Below are positions 58,501 through 61,127 of a stretch of 61,127 bases of DNA, one piece after another. Every line of letters begins with the position of its first letter. Positions within the stretch are counted from its first letter, which is position 1. Under the pieces are notes generated by a model, which saw only the letters and a list, made by a program, of their open reading frames with translations, was not told where the DNA came from and ran no database searches. This DNA comes from Chitinophagaceae bacterium (GTDB lineage Bacteria; Bacteroidota; Bacteroidia; Chitinophagales; Chitinophagaceae): the NCBI GenBank assembly GCA_046153465.1, contig JBJXDV010000026.1, forward strand, positions 1 through 61,127, written 5' to 3'. Position numbers and translations under genes: made by a program.

Positions 58501-58932
58501 CTAACGGTTATAAATAAGCCAGGTTGTTCTGCCATTAGACTTTATTGGCTCGGTATGGATTTCTTTATCGTTTTTAATATCGAAACGAATACTTCCATTG
58601 GCTGGATCCATGATGGTAATTGATTTGCCATCCGTATTTACCTGCCAATCACCGCGCATGGTAAATACGTTTCCATTTGTTCTGATAGAATAGGTGTAAG
58701 TACCATTATTATCCAGATTGAGGTCAGACGATCCATTGATGGCTTGTATTTCACTTGCATCTACTACTCCATTGCCATTGGCATCTTCCGCTCCTTTAGA
58801 AGAAACCCAAAAGCCGGTGTATTTGGTTTTAAGATCTTCGGCCGGATCTTTTTTCTTATCAAATAAGGTTTTAATACAACCTGTACTAAAGAATGCGCTG
58901 ACGATAAGCAAAGTCGTAATACTCTTTCTCAT
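58501..58932 (-). CDS. Lipocalin-like domain lipoprotein
   Basis: Lipobox FSTGC, TGFW strand, LDNNGTY, GDWQV, and an EF-hand-like DANGNGVVDASE loop. Confidence 0.7.
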   Translation of the reverse strand: MRKSITTLLIVSAFFSTGCIKTLFDKKKDPAEDLKTKYTGFWVSSKGAEDANGNGVVDASEIQAINGSSDLNLDNNGTYTYSIRTNGNVFTMRGDWQVNTDGKSITIMDPANGSIRFDIKNDKEIHTEPIKSNGRTTWLIYNR

Positions 58933-59032
58933 AACGTGTTTTTAATGAATTAAAAAATGTTTTTGAATGCGGTGTATCTCCTGGCATTGAATGCAAGAGT
59001 AAATTACAGTTGACTTATAGGTAAAAAGTTGG

Positions 59033-59087
59033 TAAAGGGGAAGAAGGGATCAATGACGGGGATGAAAGATATACTTATGGGGAGGAA
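59033..59087 (-). promoter_or_regulatory. Triple direct repeat with 21-bp period, candidate LytTR operator
   Basis: TnAnGGGGAnGAA at 59033 (TAAAGGGGAAGAA), 59054 (TGACGGGGATGAA) and 59075 (TTATGGGGAGGAA), about 100 bp upstream of the 58932 start. Confidence 0.75.
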
Positions 59088-59401
59088 CCAGACCACCAGT
59101 ATTAGTATTGCTTCTTTTATTATTTCGTTGGGGAAAAGCCTTGGAGACTCAATGCTTTCTTAAAAAAAGATTCGGAGGGAAATTTTCATAGCATGAATCT
59201 ATAAACTGATAAATTTATTCTGCCCGCTTGTGCTACATTGGGTAATTTATAGAAAATCAAACATGAGATAGAAACGTTTACCAAATACAATGTAATTACC
59301 GGCAGTTTTAATACTTTGATGAAAAAATTCAGGCTTTAAATTAAAATAGCTTACGTAAATTGATAAAAAAAATAGTACATAAGCGCTAGAAATAAGTTTT
59401 A

Positions 59402-59453
59402 ATAATAAACATACAAAGCATCTAATTAATTGGATGCTTTGTATGTTTATTAT
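59402..59453. terminator. Long near-perfect palindrome downstream of the BNR-repeat gene
   Basis: Perfect 21-bp arms ATAATAAACATACAAAGCATC / GATGCTTTGTATGTTTATTAT. Confidence 0.7.
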
Positions 59454-59499
59454 GATGATAACGGGCTTACCTGTTTTTCAGTAAGTCAAAATTTAAATT

Positions 59500-61127
59500 T
59501 TATTGCTTTATTAATGAACTATCGCCTGAGACCTCTGTTGAGTTTATTTTAAGGGGAACCCCTCCAGAACAATCAGCAATTTTTGCATTCACTTTTGATC
59601 CCTGGAGAGCCTGGAAACCGGATAAAAGATTAATAGCATTTCCGGCACGATAATTTATTTCATTACCAAGGTTTCCGTTTACCTGGTTTTGCGTTTGAAT
59701 AGTATTGGAGGCCTGGTAAAAAATTTGTCCGCCTAAGACCCCAGCTAAAATTAAATTAAGCGTGCAATTTTGAAAAGGTGCAGTGCGCCATATTCCTCTT
59801 CCAAATGTTCCAATCAAAACCTCTGGATTTCCTACAGTTGGATTATTTCTAAATTCAATATCGGTTACAGGAACACGTGGCAACCCATTATAAAATGGGG
59901 TCCAGTCCAATAAACTGTTATTTCTTACATAAACACCAATATCTGTTCCTATATAAACATTACCTGCACCATCCATTTTAATACAATTTACAGGCAGGTT
60001 AGGTAATGAACCACTTACATTTTGCCAGGTTAAACCTGCATCAAGAGATTTATATACTTTTACTCCTGATCCATAGCCTGCAATAGAAATCCATACCTCA
60101 GAGGAGTTTACAGGATTTACAGCAATTCCCGTAATACGTGCCCAAGAACTAATAGGGAAAACAGAACCTGCAAGTTCTGGCGGAGTAATAACAGTAATTG
60201 AAGGAGTTGTTGATCCTATATTATCTGAACGAATAAGCACGGTATTGCCAGCATAAATTCTGTTTACATTATTGGGGCAAACTGCCAGTGCTCCCTGGCA
60301 ATTGTTTGTATTAATAACACCCCAATTACTTCCCCGATCAACTGATCTCCATAAAGCAGATGCACTTCCGGCATAAATCCTGTTTTCATCAGTAGGATGC
60401 ATAGCAAGTAGCTTAAAAAAATTCTGCTCGTTTGGAATACTGATATCAATATCTATTATTCCGTCTGCTATGATACGTTGATTTACGGACCAATAAGAAT
60501 CATTTTGATTTTCTACATCAGTCAGTACATCATAACCATCGCCCGGTCTAAATGATTTATAATTGTATATATTATCATTCTCGTCGTCATTAAATTCAAT
60601 GATACCGTTATCCTGGGCGCCACCCCAAACATGTCCTCTTTCATTAATACCTTCGATTTTATAAAACTGGGTGATTTGCAGATTATGTATCTGTACCCAA
60701 TTGTCTCCTGCATTATCCGTCCACGCCATACCGCCATCACAAGCAGCATAAAAGCGGTTATTCAATGGGTTTACAATTATCTGATGAATATCCGCGTGTA
60801 CATAATCAGCATCGCCATAATTTGAACTTAGGTTGTCAAATGTCCAGTCAGTAATTTCTGTCCAACTACTTCCTCCATCGTTCGATCGCCAGACAGAAAT
60901 ACCTCCCATTAAAAGTTGGTTTGTATTTAATGTATTTACAGCAAGGGTTATATCGTAATTGGATTGGTTCCTGGCTGGTCCACCAGTTCCATATTGAGTA
61001 CCAAAAATATTCGGCGTGTTGCTTCTCAAACCAAACAAACCCCCACTATTATTCGATACAAAAAGACCTACAAAAGCGGTAGTGCCCGAGCCACCTGCCA
61101 GTAAGTATACATTATTCGGAGCTGCAG
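59500..61127 (-). CDS. BNR/Asp-box (VPS10-like) beta-propeller protein with C-terminal 3-coathanger-stack-like domain (5' partial)
   Basis: The frame stays open to the window end (…AAPNNVYLLAGG…). SxDGGxSW Asp boxes, VHADIH, GGAQDNG and GTFGRGIW motifs. C-terminal YQASNTI...YRAGNAINLLSGF.A..GS...AKIADC. Confidence 0.85.
   Translation of the reverse strand, partial: AAPNNVYLLAGGSGTTAFVGLFVSNNSGGLFGLRSNTPNIFGTQYGTGGPARNQSNYDITLAVNTLNTNQLLMGGISVWRSNDGGSSWTEITDWTFDNLSSNYGDADYVHADIHQIIVNPLNNRFYAACDGGMAWTDNAGDNWVQIHNLQITQFYKIEGINERGHVWGGAQDNGIIEFNDDENDNIYNYKSFRPGDGYDVLTDVENQNDSYWSVNQRIIADGIIDIDISIPNEQNFFKLLAMHPTDENRIYAGSASALWRSVDRGSNWGVINTNNCQGALAVCPNNVNRIYAGNTVLIRSDNIGSTTPSITVITPPELAGSVFPISSWARITGIAVNPVNSSEVWISIAGYGSGVKVYKSLDAGLTWQNVSGSLPNLPVNCIKMDGAGNVYIGTDIGVYVRNNSLLDWTPFYNGLPRVPVTDIEFRNNPTVGNPEVLIGTFGRGIWRTAPFQNCTLNLILAGVLGGQIFYQASNTIQTQNQVNGNLGNEINYRAGNAINLLSGFQALQGSKVNAKIADCSGGVPLKINSTEVSGDSSLIKQ

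Noticed and set aside
57870-58932. Type IV secretion or conjugation locus
   Set aside because: Only one VirB10-like candidate is present, with no VirB4, VirD4, relaxase or tra genes.

Overview
This 61-kb AT-rich window looks like chromosomal DNA from a Bacteroidota member, probably Chitinophagaceae-like. That call rests on TAnnTTTG promoter boxes, a T9SS cargo protein, TonB-dependent receptors and the gene content. Most of it is housekeeping and envelope genes: xerD (partial), ggt, tamB, ribBA, lysC, ssb, mnmA, an rsmB-like gene, sucA/sucB and rpsT. An accessory-looking block follows rpsT. I found no tRNA, rRNA, CRISPR array, transposase or prophage gene. The main points of interest are: (1) a TonB-dependent transporter fused at its C-terminus to a poly-Pro linker, four TSP3 repeats and an OmpA peptidoglycan-binding domain, with a candidate stapling disulfide, divergent from a lipoprotein gamma-glutamyltransferase; (2) a TPR-histidine kinase/LytTR pair facing an operon whose promoter carries three direct repeats at exact 21-bp spacing, encoding a lipocalin-like lipoprotein and a stand-alone VirB10-like protein, followed by an L,D-transpeptidase; (3) an esterase/ATP-grasp/YbdK ligase/methyltransferase cluster of unknown product; (4) a CpcT-like gene, exported PIG-L deacetylase, two microproteins missing from the ORF track and a Na+/solute symporter in one likely operon; (5) a cryptic L,D-transpeptidase-like hypothetical protein; (6) heptamer tandem repeats both between genes and in frame within coding regions. 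All functional calls come from motif recognition by eye; no searches were run.
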